Source: Candidatus Zhuqueibacterota bacterium (GTDB lineage Bacteria > Zhuqueibacterota > Zhuqueibacteria > Thermofontimicrobiales > Thermofontimicrobiaceae). From it: 62,346 nt of DNA. Shown piece after piece: positions 37,685 through 47,960 of the stretch. Below the pieces are notes generated by a model. The model was not told the origin of the DNA. It made no database searches and saw nothing but the letters and a program-made list of their open reading frames with translations. The first letter of the stretch is position 1. Every line of letters begins with the position of its first letter. The DNA is taken from NCBI GenBank assembly GCA_016783825.1, contig JADHVV010000004.1, positions 1 to 62,346 on the forward strand, read 5' to 3'. The position numbers and the translations under genes were made by a program.

Positions 37685-38497
37685 GTGCACTCGAAATTAT
37701 TTCAGATCGGGCCGTTGGAAATTCATGCCTACGGTCTAACATTAGCGTTATCATTTTTAATTGGCATTTATTTAGCCATGTACCGCGCTAAAAAGAATGG
37801 AATTGATCCCAATAAAATTGTGGATCTTTCAGTTGTTATTGTGATCAGCGCAATTTTAGGTGCAAGGTTTTTATATGTTATCTTTCATTTGGAAGAATTT
37901 ACAGGAAGATGGCTCGATACAATTAATCCTTTCCAGAGTTCCGGGCAAATTGGCATTGCCGGGCTAACCCTGTTGGGTGGTTTTATTGCAGCTGTTGTTT
38001 TTAGCATTCTTTTTATGAAAATTAAAAAACTACCGTTGTTAAAAATTTCCGATATTATGATTCCTTCGATGGGATTGGGCATATTCATAACACGGATAGG
38101 TTGCTTCTTTAATGGCTGCTGCTATGGCTTGCCAACTGATGCTTCATGGGGAATGGTATTTCCCCAGGAAAGCCCGGCTGGTTTTATTTTCCCCAACCAG
38201 GCTATTCATCCAACACAGCTTTATTCATCAGTATATGGATTAATTATTATTGGTATATTGCTGTTTCTGGAACGATATAAAAAATTTGATGGATTTTTAC
38301 TTTATACTTTTTTTATACTTTATGGGATTTCTCGATTTTCTGTTGATTTTTATCGTTATTATGAGGACAGCATGGTTATTGGCGGGCTTTCAATTTCAGT
38401 TAACCAGGGGATAAGTATTTTTATGATTGTTTTGGGAGCTGTTCTTTTAATTGTTTCATATTTAAAACAAAAAAATGCAGCACCGAGCGAGGTATAA
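37685..38497 (+). CDS. lgt: Prolipoprotein diacylglyceryl transferase
   Basis: FQIGPLEIHAYGL, GARFLYV and GRIGCFFNGCCYG. The GTG at 37685, preceded by GAGGG, gives the normal short N-terminus. The track ORF start (37610) lies in the repeat. Confidence 0.9.
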   Translation: MHSKLFQIGPLEIHAYGLTLALSFLIGIYLAMYRAKKNGIDPNKIVDLSVVIVISAILGARFLYVIFHLEEFTGRWLDTINPFQSSGQIGIAGLTLLGGFIAAVVFSILFMKIKKLPLLKISDIMIPSMGLGIFITRIGCFFNGCCYGLPTDASWGMVFPQESPAGFIFPNQAIHPTQLYSSVYGLIIIGILLFLERYKKFDGFLLYTFFILYGISRFSVDFYRYYEDSMVIGGLSISVNQGISIFMIVLGAVLLIVSYLKQKNAAPSEV

Positions 38498-38740
38498 ATG
38501 GAGTAACCAGTTGATAAAAAATAAGATATGCCGATGCAGAAAATATAATAAAGTTTTTTTGTGATAGGTTAACAGTACGCAAATCTTTTAGACAACCAGT
38601 GAATTAATTTTAAATATCAATAATATTTTTTACATTATTAATAAAAATTAAAAAAATACCTTGACTTTATTGTTAAAATTTAATAAATTTTCATTATTAA
38701 GTTCATCAAACTCTTTTAGTTATGATAAAGGAGAATTGGT

Positions 38741-39958
38741 TTGAAAAAGAAAAACATTCAATTTGGTTTATTTTTAGTAATTCTTATCTTCTCTAATGTC
38801 GTCCTGGGTGGTGGTGAGCAGACTAATTTCGCCTTTGGATTAAAGGTAGGATTGAATCGAATAGAGGGAGATTTAAATAGTCCGCTGTTTAAGCCATTTA
38901 CTTATGGAACAATTCGCTATAATTTATTCGAATATCTTGCCATTGGATTTGAAAGTGGTTATTCCGTAAGTGGCAGCAATGAAGATGAGAAAAGAGGGCT
39001 GCCTGAGTTTCAATCTACGATTGTGCCTTACGAAGGACAAGTGATTTTTTCCTTTTTGCCGCTGCATAAAATCAATCCGTACGTTGTTCTCGGCGGAGGT
39101 GGTTTCTATTGGGAGTATACAGAAAAAGGGCAAATCCCTCACCATTATTACATGCCGGATAGTAGTGGGAATATTGCTCAGCATGATTATGGCAAAAACA
39201 TGAAAGGATATGATTCTTTTTTCAAAAGTGGCGGCGGTGTTGAAATACTATTGAACAGGAACAACAATTTATATTTTGATCTTGGCTTTACATTTCGATA
39301 CTCTTTAACGGATATGCTTGATGGAATCTTTGATGGAGACGAAAATGATGGATTACTGGATATTTACGGAGGCTTAACCTACTATTTCCGAGGGTCAACC
39401 AGGGGAGACAGGGACAATGATGGAGTCCCTGATGAATTAGATTTGAAACTTGAGATAAAAGAAGATCCTGATGGATTTATGGATCATGACGGGAAACCGG
39501 AAGCGATTCCACCGTCTATTAATACCAGCGGCAGTGATTCCGATAGTTTAATTGCAGATACAGAACCACCTGTTGTTATTCATGCGCCGATTCATCGCGT
39601 TGAAGCTGGTCGGGATATTAACATTAAGGCTGATATTTATGAAAAAAAATTAAAAACGACTTCACTAATATACCGTCCCATTGGATTTGATGGATGGAAA
39701 GTAGGCACTTTAAGATCTAGAGGGGGATCTTCTTTTGAGGGAATCATCCCCAAGAGATTTGTTAAAAAGCAAGGTTTGGAGTATTGTGTTATCGCAGTAG
39801 ATGAAGCAACAAACGGGGTTGGATATTGTGGTTTGCCAAAACTCCCTGTGAGAGTAGAAGTACTTTCTCATCCAAAAACCTGGCGAATAATAAGTGGCGC
39901 TGCTGCATTAATAGGTTGGGGCGGTTCCGGGTATTTAATTTTAAGAAAGCAGAAATAA
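38741..39958 (+). CDS. Hypothetical envelope protein: N-terminal OMP-like beta-barrel region, thrombospondin type-3-like Asp motif, C-terminal TM anchor with basic tail
   Basis: AGGAG RBS plus TTG start and a signal peptide. Alternating beta-strand pattern (YFDLGFTFRYSL, GGLTYYF), DRDNDGVPDELD, and the C-terminal WRIISGAAALIGWGGSGYLILRKQK. Confidence 0.6.
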   Translation: MKKKNIQFGLFLVILIFSNVVLGGGEQTNFAFGLKVGLNRIEGDLNSPLFKPFTYGTIRYNLFEYLAIGFESGYSVSGSNEDEKRGLPEFQSTIVPYEGQVIFSFLPLHKINPYVVLGGGGFYWEYTEKGQIPHHYYMPDSSGNIAQHDYGKNMKGYDSFFKSGGGVEILLNRNNNLYFDLGFTFRYSLTDMLDGIFDGDENDGLLDIYGGLTYYFRGSTRGDRDNDGVPDELDLKLEIKEDPDGFMDHDGKPEAIPPSINTSGSDSDSLIADTEPPVVIHAPIHRVEAGRDINIKADIYEKKLKTTSLIYRPIGFDGWKVGTLRSRGGSSFEGIIPKRFVKKQGLEYCVIAVDEATNGVGYCGLPKLPVRVEVLSHPKTWRIISGAAALIGWGGSGYLILRKQK

Positions 39959-39979
39959 AATGTGTAAGAGGAGAATACG

Positions 39980-40807
39980 ATGAATTCAATAAAAGTATTT
40001 TATGTTTTTTTTCTCCTTATCTTGGGTCTTTTTTTCATCGTTAGTTGTGGAACAATGCGACCTGAAATAGATACGGAAGAAGGATTTATGGATGAGGTTG
40101 AAGGGCAGAATCAATCTGAGATCGATGAATTATTCGGTATCATTAATGAAAGTGAACAACAGCAGGATGAAAGCTCAGGAGATGATGAGGTTCTGCAATT
40201 GCTTGGCATAGAGAAACAGCAACCTGAACAGGCTGGAGTTCAGGAAACAAGCCACGGTCAGCAAGATGATCAGCTGCAAGGAGAAATACAAAGATTAGAA
40301 CAAGAATTGTCTAACAAAGAAGCTGAAATCACTGACCTGAAATCCGATGTAATGGCAAAGGACGAGGAAATTGGAATACTTGAAACCAGCTCTACAACGG
40401 CACCTGAGCCCAGCCAGGGAAACGCAGATATGACCGGAAATTATCGGGAAGATTATCAATTAGCGTTACAATCATATTATAATCGAAATTACAAAACAGC
40501 AATTCAGATGTTTGATGAGTTGTTGGCTGTTAACTCTTCTCACTCATTGTCCGATAACTGTCGCTATTGGATTGGAGAATCTTATTACGGGTTAGGAAAT
40601 TATAACCAGGCAATCATAGAATTTACAAAAGTTTCTTCGTTTAGTAAATCCAATAAAATGGATGATGCACAACTTAAATTAGGACTCTGTTTTTGGAGAT
40701 TAGGAGATTCGGAAAGAGCGGCGCAGGAATTCGAAAGATTGATCAGTGATTACCCGGAAAGTGAGTATATAGAAAAAGCCCAACAATTTCTTGCAAAGAT
40801 ACAGTAG
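39980..40807 (+). CDS. YbgF/CpoB-like TPR lipoprotein with acidic coiled-coil linker
   Basis: Lipobox FFIVSCG and the coiled coil QLQGEIQRLEQELSNKEAEITDLK. C-terminal TPR region YQLALQSYYNRNYKTAIQMFDELL...CRYWIGESYYGLGNYNQAI...AQLKLGLCFWRLGD. Confidence 0.7.
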   Translation: MNSIKVFYVFFLLILGLFFIVSCGTMRPEIDTEEGFMDEVEGQNQSEIDELFGIINESEQQQDESSGDDEVLQLLGIEKQQPEQAGVQETSHGQQDDQLQGEIQRLEQELSNKEAEITDLKSDVMAKDEEIGILETSSTTAPEPSQGNADMTGNYREDYQLALQSYYNRNYKTAIQMFDELLAVNSSHSLSDNCRYWIGESYYGLGNYNQAIIEFTKVSSFSKSNKMDDAQLKLGLCFWRLGDSERAAQEFERLISDYPESEYIEKAQQFLAKIQ

Positions 40808-40830
40808 AGAATTTTAAAGATAAAATAACT

Positions 40831-40870
40831 GAAGGTCGAAGGGAAGTTTTCTTTTCGACCTTTGTTTTAT
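40831..40870 (+). terminator. Probable intrinsic terminator
   Basis: GAAGGTCGAA-loop-TTCGACCTT followed by TGTTTTAT. Confidence 0.5.
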
Positions 40871-40911
40871 AGAGTTTAATTAAGAACCAATCAAACAATA
40901 TTGAGGCACCA

Positions 40912-42390
40912 ATGCGAAAGACACTGAAAATTTTATACATTTCTTCTGAAGTTTCCCCTTTTGCAAAAACCGGCGGTCTGGCAGACGTGTCAGAATCATT
41001 ACCCAAAGAGCTCAAAGAATCTGCCCATGATATCAGGATTTTTATGCCGAAATATGGGTCGATTAATGAAAGAAAATTTGTTCTAAGAGAAGTGATACGT
41101 CTCAAAGATATCCAGGTGCCTGTTGGAAACAAAGTTGCGGTTGCAAATGTAAAGTCTTCATTTTTGCCACAGGCGAAAGTTCAAATCTATTTTATTGGGA
41201 ATAAAGAATATTTCAGCCGCACCGGCTACTACGTTGATCCAAAAACCAATAAAGATTGGAAAGATAATGCTGAACGGTTTATTTTTTTATGCCGTGCAAC
41301 ATTGGAAATACTCAAAAAGCTGCATTGGCAACCCGATATTATTCATTGCAACGATTGGCAAACAGCATTAATCCCATATTTATTAAAAACTGTTTATCAA
41401 AATGATAAATTTTTTAAAGATATAAAAACATTGCTCTCGCTTCACAATCTTTCGTTCCAGGGAATATTTGAAAAAAAAGAATTTGCACTATTAGCGTCAT
41501 CGCAAGACGTTTCAAAACCAGACAGCTCATTAGAATTTTTTGGGAAAATTAACTTTCTGAAAGCGGGAATCATAAACGCTGATTTTTTACATACCGTGAG
41601 TAAAAGGTATGCAAAAGAAGTGCAACAATCTGATGAATATGGATTTGGACTTCAAGATATTTTAAAGAAAAAGTCAAAAAAATTGACTGGCATTATAAAT
41701 GGTGTTGATTATTCAATTTGGAATCCTGAAACTGATAAACTCCTTCCCAATACTTATTCCAGGAAAGACCTTAAAGGCAAAATGGAAAACAAACGTTTGT
41801 TAGTTGAATCCCATGGACTGATTTTTAAGGAAAATATACCTGTTTTGGGAACAATTTCCAGGATTACAGAACAAAAAGGATTTGATATTATTATAAAGTC
41901 GATTGACAAAATCATGAGGCTTGATTTACAATATATTATTTTGGGAACCGGCGAAATAAAATATCATAAATTGTTAGAAAAGTTAGCAAAAAAATATCCT
42001 GGTAAATTAGCAGTTAATATAAAATTTGATGACGAGCTGGCTCATCAAATTGAAGCCGGGGCAGACATGTTTCTTATGCCTTCGAAGTTTGAACCTTGCG
42101 GATTGAACCAACTGTACAGCTTAAAATACGGAACCATACCAATTGTCCGGGCAACCGGTGGTTTAGCAGATACGGTAAAGAATTTTTCTCAAGAGACAGG
42201 CAGAGGCTATGGTTTTGTATTTGAAGAATATTCAAGCGCTGCATTAATAAGTACAATTGAAAAAGCTATTGCAGTATATCATAATGACAAATTATGGAAG
42301 AAATTGATTGAGCGCGCAATGAAGTTAGATTTTTCATGGCAAGTAGTAACGGAAAAATATTTAAACTTATATAACTCACTCCTTAGTTAG
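40912..42390 (+). CDS. glgA: Glycogen (starch) synthase
   Basis: ILYISSEVSPFAKTGGLADV, HCNDWQTAL and PSKFEPCGLNQLYSLKYGTIPIVRATGGLADTV. Confidence 0.95.
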   Translation: MRKTLKILYISSEVSPFAKTGGLADVSESLPKELKESAHDIRIFMPKYGSINERKFVLREVIRLKDIQVPVGNKVAVANVKSSFLPQAKVQIYFIGNKEYFSRTGYYVDPKTNKDWKDNAERFIFLCRATLEILKKLHWQPDIIHCNDWQTALIPYLLKTVYQNDKFFKDIKTLLSLHNLSFQGIFEKKEFALLASSQDVSKPDSSLEFFGKINFLKAGIINADFLHTVSKRYAKEVQQSDEYGFGLQDILKKKSKKLTGIINGVDYSIWNPETDKLLPNTYSRKDLKGKMENKRLLVESHGLIFKENIPVLGTISRITEQKGFDIIIKSIDKIMRLDLQYIILGTGEIKYHKLLEKLAKKYPGKLAVNIKFDDELAHQIEAGADMFLMPSKFEPCGLNQLYSLKYGTIPIVRATGGLADTVKNFSQETGRGYGFVFEEYSSAALISTIEKAIAVYHNDKLWKKLIERAMKLDFSWQVVTEKYLNLYNSLLS

Positions 42391-42598
42391 ACTCATCTTG
42401 GGCGCAACCTCGTGCTGATTTTAAATGTTTATTGCTTTTCTCTGCACTAACTTCTTAGGAAATCTTCTATTTGCATTGTTACATACTGGAACAATGTTTC
42501 GCATCAGAACAAGGAAATCAACAAGTAACAACAGGCCAATGGTTGTAAATTCCTTAATAATTTGACAGATAGGTAAGGCAATCATCTGGTTATTCCAA

Positions 42599-42614
42599 TG
42601 GCATTGAATTTGCT
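42599..42614 (+). promoter_or_regulatory. Candidate sigma54 (-24/-12) promoter
   Basis: TGGCATTGAATTTGCT places GG and GC with the canonical TGGCAC-N5-TTGC spacing, about 128 nt upstream of the STAS gene. Single-site match only. Confidence 0.3.
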
Positions 42615-42741
42615 ATGCCCATGACATTCAGTAATTTAGAGCAAAATAGTGATTGCTCTTAATATACTCGTTAAGGTTTACTTTGTAATATAATAACAAA
42701 TAAATTTTTCTTCATGGTTGTAAAGTTAAGAATATAAAATT

Positions 42742-43470
42742 ATGAAAAAAATGCAAGGCATCGATTTGTCATATAGCCACCTTGGGGTAAGGGGGGATGT
42801 AACATTATTAAAATTAAAAGGATTTTTAGATACAACAACCTCGGCAGAAGTTTCAGCAAAGATGAGAGAAATGATAGGCTCGGAACGCTACCAGTATATC
42901 ATTGACATGAGTAGTGTTAACTATGTCAGCAGCGCCGGTTGGGGGGTGTTTGTTGGTGAGATCAGAAGTATTCGCGAAAGCGGGGGCGATCTGAAAATAG
43001 TTCAAATGACACCGGATGTTTATGACGTTTTTGAGATGCTGGAATTTGATAAGATACTTGAATATTATGAAACCATAGAAGAAGCTGTTAATGATTTTGA
43101 TATGTGTATGGGATTGGATATTACCAGCAATACGAGAATAGCAAGAAGAGAAAATGCACCAGCAATAGAATTTACCACTCCATCACCAAAATCAATCGCA
43201 ACCAAAACAGTAGTTAAAGGAGATTCTAACAAAAGAGCCCGCTTCACTTTTACGAAGCCAACAATAGAGGAATCTACCTTACCATTAGTTGAAAAAATAA
43301 AAGTGATTGTTATTGACAATCCCACTGGTGGGCTATTTAAGATTAAAAAGAAGCTGAACACACAACGGTTCGGTTATGAAAAGGTTGGCTTGATCAAAGT
43401 ATTTGAAATTTTAAAAAATTATAACCTGGAAACTAAAGAAAAACGCTATCGATTCTACCGGTCTCGTTGA
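42742..43470 (+). CDS. STAS-domain (anti-sigma-factor-antagonist-like) protein with an uncharacterised roughly 120-aa C-terminal extension
   Basis: LKGFLDTTTSAEV...IIDMSSVNYVSSAGWGVFVG...LKIVQMTPDVYDVFEMLEFDKIL is a typical SpoIIAA/STAS core including the Ser of the phosphorylation loop. Confidence 0.75.
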   Translation: MKKMQGIDLSYSHLGVRGDVTLLKLKGFLDTTTSAEVSAKMREMIGSERYQYIIDMSSVNYVSSAGWGVFVGEIRSIRESGGDLKIVQMTPDVYDVFEMLEFDKILEYYETIEEAVNDFDMCMGLDITSNTRIARRENAPAIEFTTPSPKSIATKTVVKGDSNKRARFTFTKPTIEESTLPLVEKIKVIVIDNPTGGLFKIKKKLNTQRFGYEKVGLIKVFEILKNYNLETKEKRYRFYRSR

Positions 43471-43653
43471 TATTTTCCCGCTAAATATACTAAGGTCAAA
43501 AAGGATTTGAGATTTTTTCTTTTTATGAACTCACCTAAGTCCTCTCTTAAAAAGCGAGGATAAAAAGGTGAAATCTCAAAACCACTTTGTAATGAGTATG
43601 TTTTGGCAGAATGGGATCGGTGTAGATCATTGAATGGAGAAAGGACACCAAAA

Positions 43654-44337
43654 ATGATAAGAAAAAAGAAAAATACCTTCACCTGGTTTACCCTGTTTTT
43701 AATACTGCTTTTTTCAATAATCTTCGAAAGTGTATTAGGAACTCTTTCGGCTCAATCTCTTAAAAAAAATGAATTTTACCCGGGAGATGCGTTGTTAATA
43801 ACTTTTGTTGATATTTACAAAGAGGGCAATAAGAAATCATTTGATATTGGGGGAGAGTATAAAATAGATACGCGCGGTTATATTATGATGCCGTTGATTG
43901 GTTCTTTAAAAGTAATTGGATACAATCGTTTAACTTTGGCAGAAAAAATTAAAAAAGAATACAAAGCCTATTTTACTGAGCCATATATTACAATTTTACC
44001 GCTGATCCGTGTAACACTAATGGGTCCATTTTTTAGACCAGGTTCCTATCGCGTCGATCGGGATGTTTCATTATGGGACCTGATAGATCGAGCTGGGGGA
44101 CCGCGTGACAATTGTAATTTAAATAGTATTAAAGTAGTCAGGGATAATAAAGTTGTTATCAAAAACTTACTCGCCAGTTTTGAAAAAGCACATTCATTAG
44201 CAGAGATTGGTATTGAGTCGGGAGATCAAATAAAGGCGAAAAGAAAAACTGAATATACTGTACGGTTAATGTTGGATTATATTAGGTTTGCAATGTCAAT
44301 AGTTTCTATGTATCTCATAATTAGACAATATAGATAA
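43654..44337 (+). CDS. Polysaccharide export protein (Wza-like, Poly_export + SLBB)
   Basis: GGAGAAAGG RBS precedes the ATG at 43654. N-terminal TM/signal, then PGDALLITFVD and IDTRGYIMMPLIGSLKVIGYNRLTLAEKI. Confidence 0.8.
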   Translation: MIRKKKNTFTWFTLFLILLFSIIFESVLGTLSAQSLKKNEFYPGDALLITFVDIYKEGNKKSFDIGGEYKIDTRGYIMMPLIGSLKVIGYNRLTLAEKIKKEYKAYFTEPYITILPLIRVTLMGPFFRPGSYRVDRDVSLWDLIDRAGGPRDNCNLNSIKVVRDNKVVIKNLLASFEKAHSLAEIGIESGDQIKAKRKTEYTVRLMLDYIRFAMSIVSMYLIIRQYR

Positions 44338-44365
44338 CATTTTACAAAATGGGGAAAGACACCAA

Positions 44366-46690
44366 ATGGATAAGAAGTTAAATGAAAACGATTTCTTTTT
44401 TGATGATGATTCAAAAGATGATGAAATAAATATAGACGTTAGAAAATATGTTCTAATGTTGTTGAAACGAAAATGGATTATACTAATTGTTTTTCTGCTC
44501 GTAGCTATTCCATGGGCATATAAAATTCAAAAACAACCACCGGTTTACCGGGCGTCGTGCACCATTCGGTTTAGAAATCTTGCTTCCGGAAGTCAGAACG
44601 ATATAGATGCAGGTAGGATAATTGAGTTTAAAAGTCGAACTTTTGCTGAAGAAGTTGTCGCTCAACTTGGATTAACACTTGAAATTGATGGAGAATTGGA
44701 AATTTTAAGACAGGATGTGTTTGATGAATTTTTTACAACTAAAACACCTAATAGTGGTTTTTATAGACTTCGTTGGGGGCAGGACAGTTCACTTTCAATA
44801 AACAGGGTGTCAGGCGAAAATGAATATAAAGTATTCCAGGGAGATATAAGTAGCGCCAACAGGTTACAGGAAACTGATAGTGGTTTCTCTTTTCGCTTTA
44901 CAAAAGATTTCATTTCCTTGCCTAATGAGATAAATTTTAAAATAAATCATTTCAGAGCTTCTGTACAATATTTTCAATCGCGAACAAGAGTGAACACCCG
45001 TGGCGGATTGCTTTTTTTAGAAATGGCTGATAAAAACCCGGTCTTTGTTGCAAAAAAAGCAAATAGCCTGGCAGAGTTATATGTAGCGGAGAGTAAAAAT
45101 TTAAAAAAATCCACAATCGAAAGCCAAAAAAGTACCATTAAAGAGCAATTAATGTTTGCTGAACGAGAATTGGATGAGGCAGACCAGGCATTAAAACAAT
45201 TTAAAAGCCGTCACAAAGTGAGTTTGGGCGCCGAGACAAATGAGGTGGTTGGAGATTTAAAGCAAGTTGAAAATGAACTTGAGGAAATGGAAAAATATAA
45301 CGAGGATTTAAATATATTACTTGAAAAATTAGAAAGTTATTTAGCAGATCCGAATGAAAAAGACAAAGCAAAATATGTATATCAGCAAATAACTGAATTG
45401 GGTACATTTTCTTCAAACCAGAGAATGGGGTTGTTAAGGAAACAACTAAGAGATGTCCAAAGGGAATATGAAACAACAGTTACGCAATTTTCTTCGTCCC
45501 ATGAAAAGTCACTTAAACTGGAAAATCAATTGAATGCGCTTTATTCCAAGATAAAAGATGAGGCTATTACACATGGTAGAGAGCTGCAAAATGATATTTC
45601 AATTGAGTCGGTAAGAAAACGCGAATTGGAATATAAGCTGGCTCGCCTTCCTGAAGAAGAGTTACAATTAACAGAACTGCAGCGCCAATTAAATGCTAAA
45701 CAAGTGTTTAGACAAGACTTATTAACGCAAAGTCAAAAAGTCCAGTTGTCTGATGCTGTTGAAACTGAGGTTATTGACATCCTCGATCCTGCCTTGGTGC
45801 CACATAGTCCAACGAATGCGGATAAAAACATGAAAATGGCTATTGGCGCCGTATTCGGATTGATCTTAGGAGTGGCAGTTGCTTTTGTACTTGAATTTCT
45901 TGACAAAGCAATAAAAACTGTGGATGATGTGAAACGATATCTTAAGCTCCAGGTTTTAGGTACAATCCCGCATATTGATTTTAAGGATTTGAGCGATTAC
46001 CAGGATTCAGAAAAAATAAAACAGATTGATCAACAACTTGTTACTTACGATTATTCTCCAACTCCCATTGGTGAAGCATATCGATCTTTGCGGACCAATC
46101 TTGTCTATTCAAAAAATACCGGGAGGGTGCAAAGTTTTGTAGTTACCAGTTCTGCACCGGGTGATGGAAAATCGTTTACGTCTGCAAATATCGCCATTTC
46201 TATGGCGCAGCATAAAAGTAATACATTATTAATTGACGCTGATTTGCGGAGGGGCGTGCTTCACAATACGTATGGCGTTTCCAAGGAACCCGGGTTCACA
46301 AATTACCTGACCGGTATGGTTGGATTGCAACAAATAGTAAATGAAACGCTTATCCCAAATCTTTCAATGATAAGTTGTGGTTCGTTATTGCCGAATCCAT
46401 CGGAATTGTTAGGCTCTCACCAGATGCAGCGCTTTTTAGATGAAGCGAGACGAAAATTTGATGTGATCATTTTTGATAGCCCGCCACTCAATGCAGCAAC
46501 TGATGCAATTGTACTTGGCACCCAGGTTGATGCCCTGGTGTTAGTGGTTCGCTCAGGAGTTACCAATAGAGATATGGCAAAACAAAAATTGGAATTATTT
46601 CGAAACGTGCCTGTGAAAATCCTTGGTGTGGTTTTGAATGGGACATCCGCTGAATTCGGACACGATGGCTATAGCTACTATCACTATTAA
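44366..46690 (+). CDS. Polysaccharide co-polymerase / tyrosine autokinase (Wzc/GumC-like)
   Basis: Wzz-like N-terminal region with TM, a long coiled coil and a second TM. Kinase Walker A is SSAPGDGKS, with DADLRRG, IIFDSPP and a Tyr-rich tail GHDGYSYYHY. Confidence 0.9.
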   Translation: MDKKLNENDFFFDDDSKDDEINIDVRKYVLMLLKRKWIILIVFLLVAIPWAYKIQKQPPVYRASCTIRFRNLASGSQNDIDAGRIIEFKSRTFAEEVVAQLGLTLEIDGELEILRQDVFDEFFTTKTPNSGFYRLRWGQDSSLSINRVSGENEYKVFQGDISSANRLQETDSGFSFRFTKDFISLPNEINFKINHFRASVQYFQSRTRVNTRGGLLFLEMADKNPVFVAKKANSLAELYVAESKNLKKSTIESQKSTIKEQLMFAERELDEADQALKQFKSRHKVSLGAETNEVVGDLKQVENELEEMEKYNEDLNILLEKLESYLADPNEKDKAKYVYQQITELGTFSSNQRMGLLRKQLRDVQREYETTVTQFSSSHEKSLKLENQLNALYSKIKDEAITHGRELQNDISIESVRKRELEYKLARLPEEELQLTELQRQLNAKQVFRQDLLTQSQKVQLSDAVETEVIDILDPALVPHSPTNADKNMKMAIGAVFGLILGVAVAFVLEFLDKAIKTVDDVKRYLKLQVLGTIPHIDFKDLSDYQDSEKIKQIDQQLVTYDYSPTPIGEAYRSLRTNLVYSKNTGRVQSFVVTSSAPGDGKSFTSANIAISMAQHKSNTLLIDADLRRGVLHNTYGVSKEPGFTNYLTGMVGLQQIVNETLIPNLSMISCGSLLPNPSELLGSHQMQRFLDEARRKFDVIIFDSPPLNAATDAIVLGTQVDALVLVVRSGVTNRDMAKQKLELFRNVPVKILGVVLNGTSAEFGHDGYSYYHY

Positions 46691-46702
46691 TAGGGAAGAA
46701 AT

Positions 46703-47656
46703 ATGCACTATTTGATTACCGGCGGAGCAGGATTTATCGGGTCACATTTAAGTGAACGTCTTTTATCGGAAGGACATGAGATATTATGTATCGATAATTT
46801 TAATGATTACTATGATCCAAAAATAAAAGAGAAAAATTTAAAGGTAAGCCAGGATTACAACAATTTCCGGCTGATCCCCGGGGATATACTCGATGAGGAA
46901 CTGTTAGACAAAATTTTTAGGCAAAATCAATTTGATGGAATTATCCACCTGGCAGCCCGCGCAGGAGTTAGACCATCGGTGTTACAACCAAAATTATATG
47001 AGGAAGTAAACATCCGCGGCACTTTGAACCTGTTAGAACAGGCAAAAAACAAAAACATCAAAAAAATTATTTTAGCTTCGTCCTCATCTGTGTACGGTAA
47101 CAATAAAAAAGTACCGTTTTCGGAAAGTGATCCGGTTGATAACCCCATTTCACCATACGCAGCAACGAAAAAAGCATGCGAATTGATCGCTTATACCTAT
47201 TCCACGCTTTATGATATTTCGATCAGTTGTTTGCGGTTTTTTACGGTTTATGGTCCGAGACAACGTCCGGATATGGCAATTCACAAATTTACAAAGCTGA
47301 TTGCTTCAGGGGAGGAAATCCCGGTTTTTGGTGATGGAAAAGTTAAGCGGGATTTTACTTATTATTCGGATATAATCGATGGTCTTGTTCGCTCCATTGA
47401 TAGATGTAACGGGTATAATATCTACAATCTTGGCGAATCACAAGTCATTGAGTTGATGGATTTGGTAAGCTTGATTGAAAAATATCTTGGTAAAAAAGCA
47501 AAAATAAACTGGCAGCCGCGCCAGCCGGGAGATGTGGAAATAACTTATGCCGATGTCACAAAAGCAAAAAATGAACTTGACTATAATCCACAGGTAAATA
47601 TTGAAACTGGCATAAAACAATTCATCAAATGGTTTGAAGAATATCAGTCGTTTTAA
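46703..47656 (+). CDS. NAD-dependent sugar-nucleotide epimerase (UDP-glucuronate 4-epimerase-like)
   Basis: ITGGAGFIGSHL, the active-site YAATK, and the DNFNDYYDP pattern typical of this subgroup. Confidence 0.85.
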   Translation: MHYLITGGAGFIGSHLSERLLSEGHEILCIDNFNDYYDPKIKEKNLKVSQDYNNFRLIPGDILDEELLDKIFRQNQFDGIIHLAARAGVRPSVLQPKLYEEVNIRGTLNLLEQAKNKNIKKIILASSSSVYGNNKKVPFSESDPVDNPISPYAATKKACELIAYTYSTLYDISISCLRFFTVYGPRQRPDMAIHKFTKLIASGEEIPVFGDGKVKRDFTYYSDIIDGLVRSIDRCNGYNIYNLGESQVIELMDLVSLIEKYLGKKAKINWQPRQPGDVEITYADVTKAKNELDYNPQVNIETGIKQFIKWFEEYQSF

Positions 47657-47722
47657 TATCAATGAGAAAGAAATAACTCAAATTAATGGATATGCTAACT
47701 GAGGATACTGAAGTAAATAAAA

Positions 47723-47800
47723 ACATCCCCCTGAATCCCCCTTCAAAGGGGGACTGTTAGCGTATTCCCCCCTTTGAAGGGGGGACCAAAGGGGGGATGT
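47723..47800. repeat. Word-hairpin (CCCCCTTCAAAGGGGG words)
   Basis: ACATCCCCC...GGGGGGATGT form the outer stem around two sub-hairpins, CCCCCTTCAAAGGGGG and CCCCCCTTTGAAGGGGGG. Confidence 0.85.
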
Positions 47801-47960
47801 AAAAAGAGATGAAAACAACAAATAATTTTATAGTATATTTTCATTGAAGTTAGCTCAAAACATAATTTTCTTATCCGTTAATCTGGGAATAAAATAAATA
47901 AACAATACTTTCTCAAAGCCCATTTTCCTATCATAACTTACTAAGCAACTGGGGATCCAC

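Noticed and set aside
40743-41132. 129-aa minus-strand ORF across the ybgF-like/glgA junction
   Set aside because: It overlaps two well-supported + strand genes and the terminator between them.
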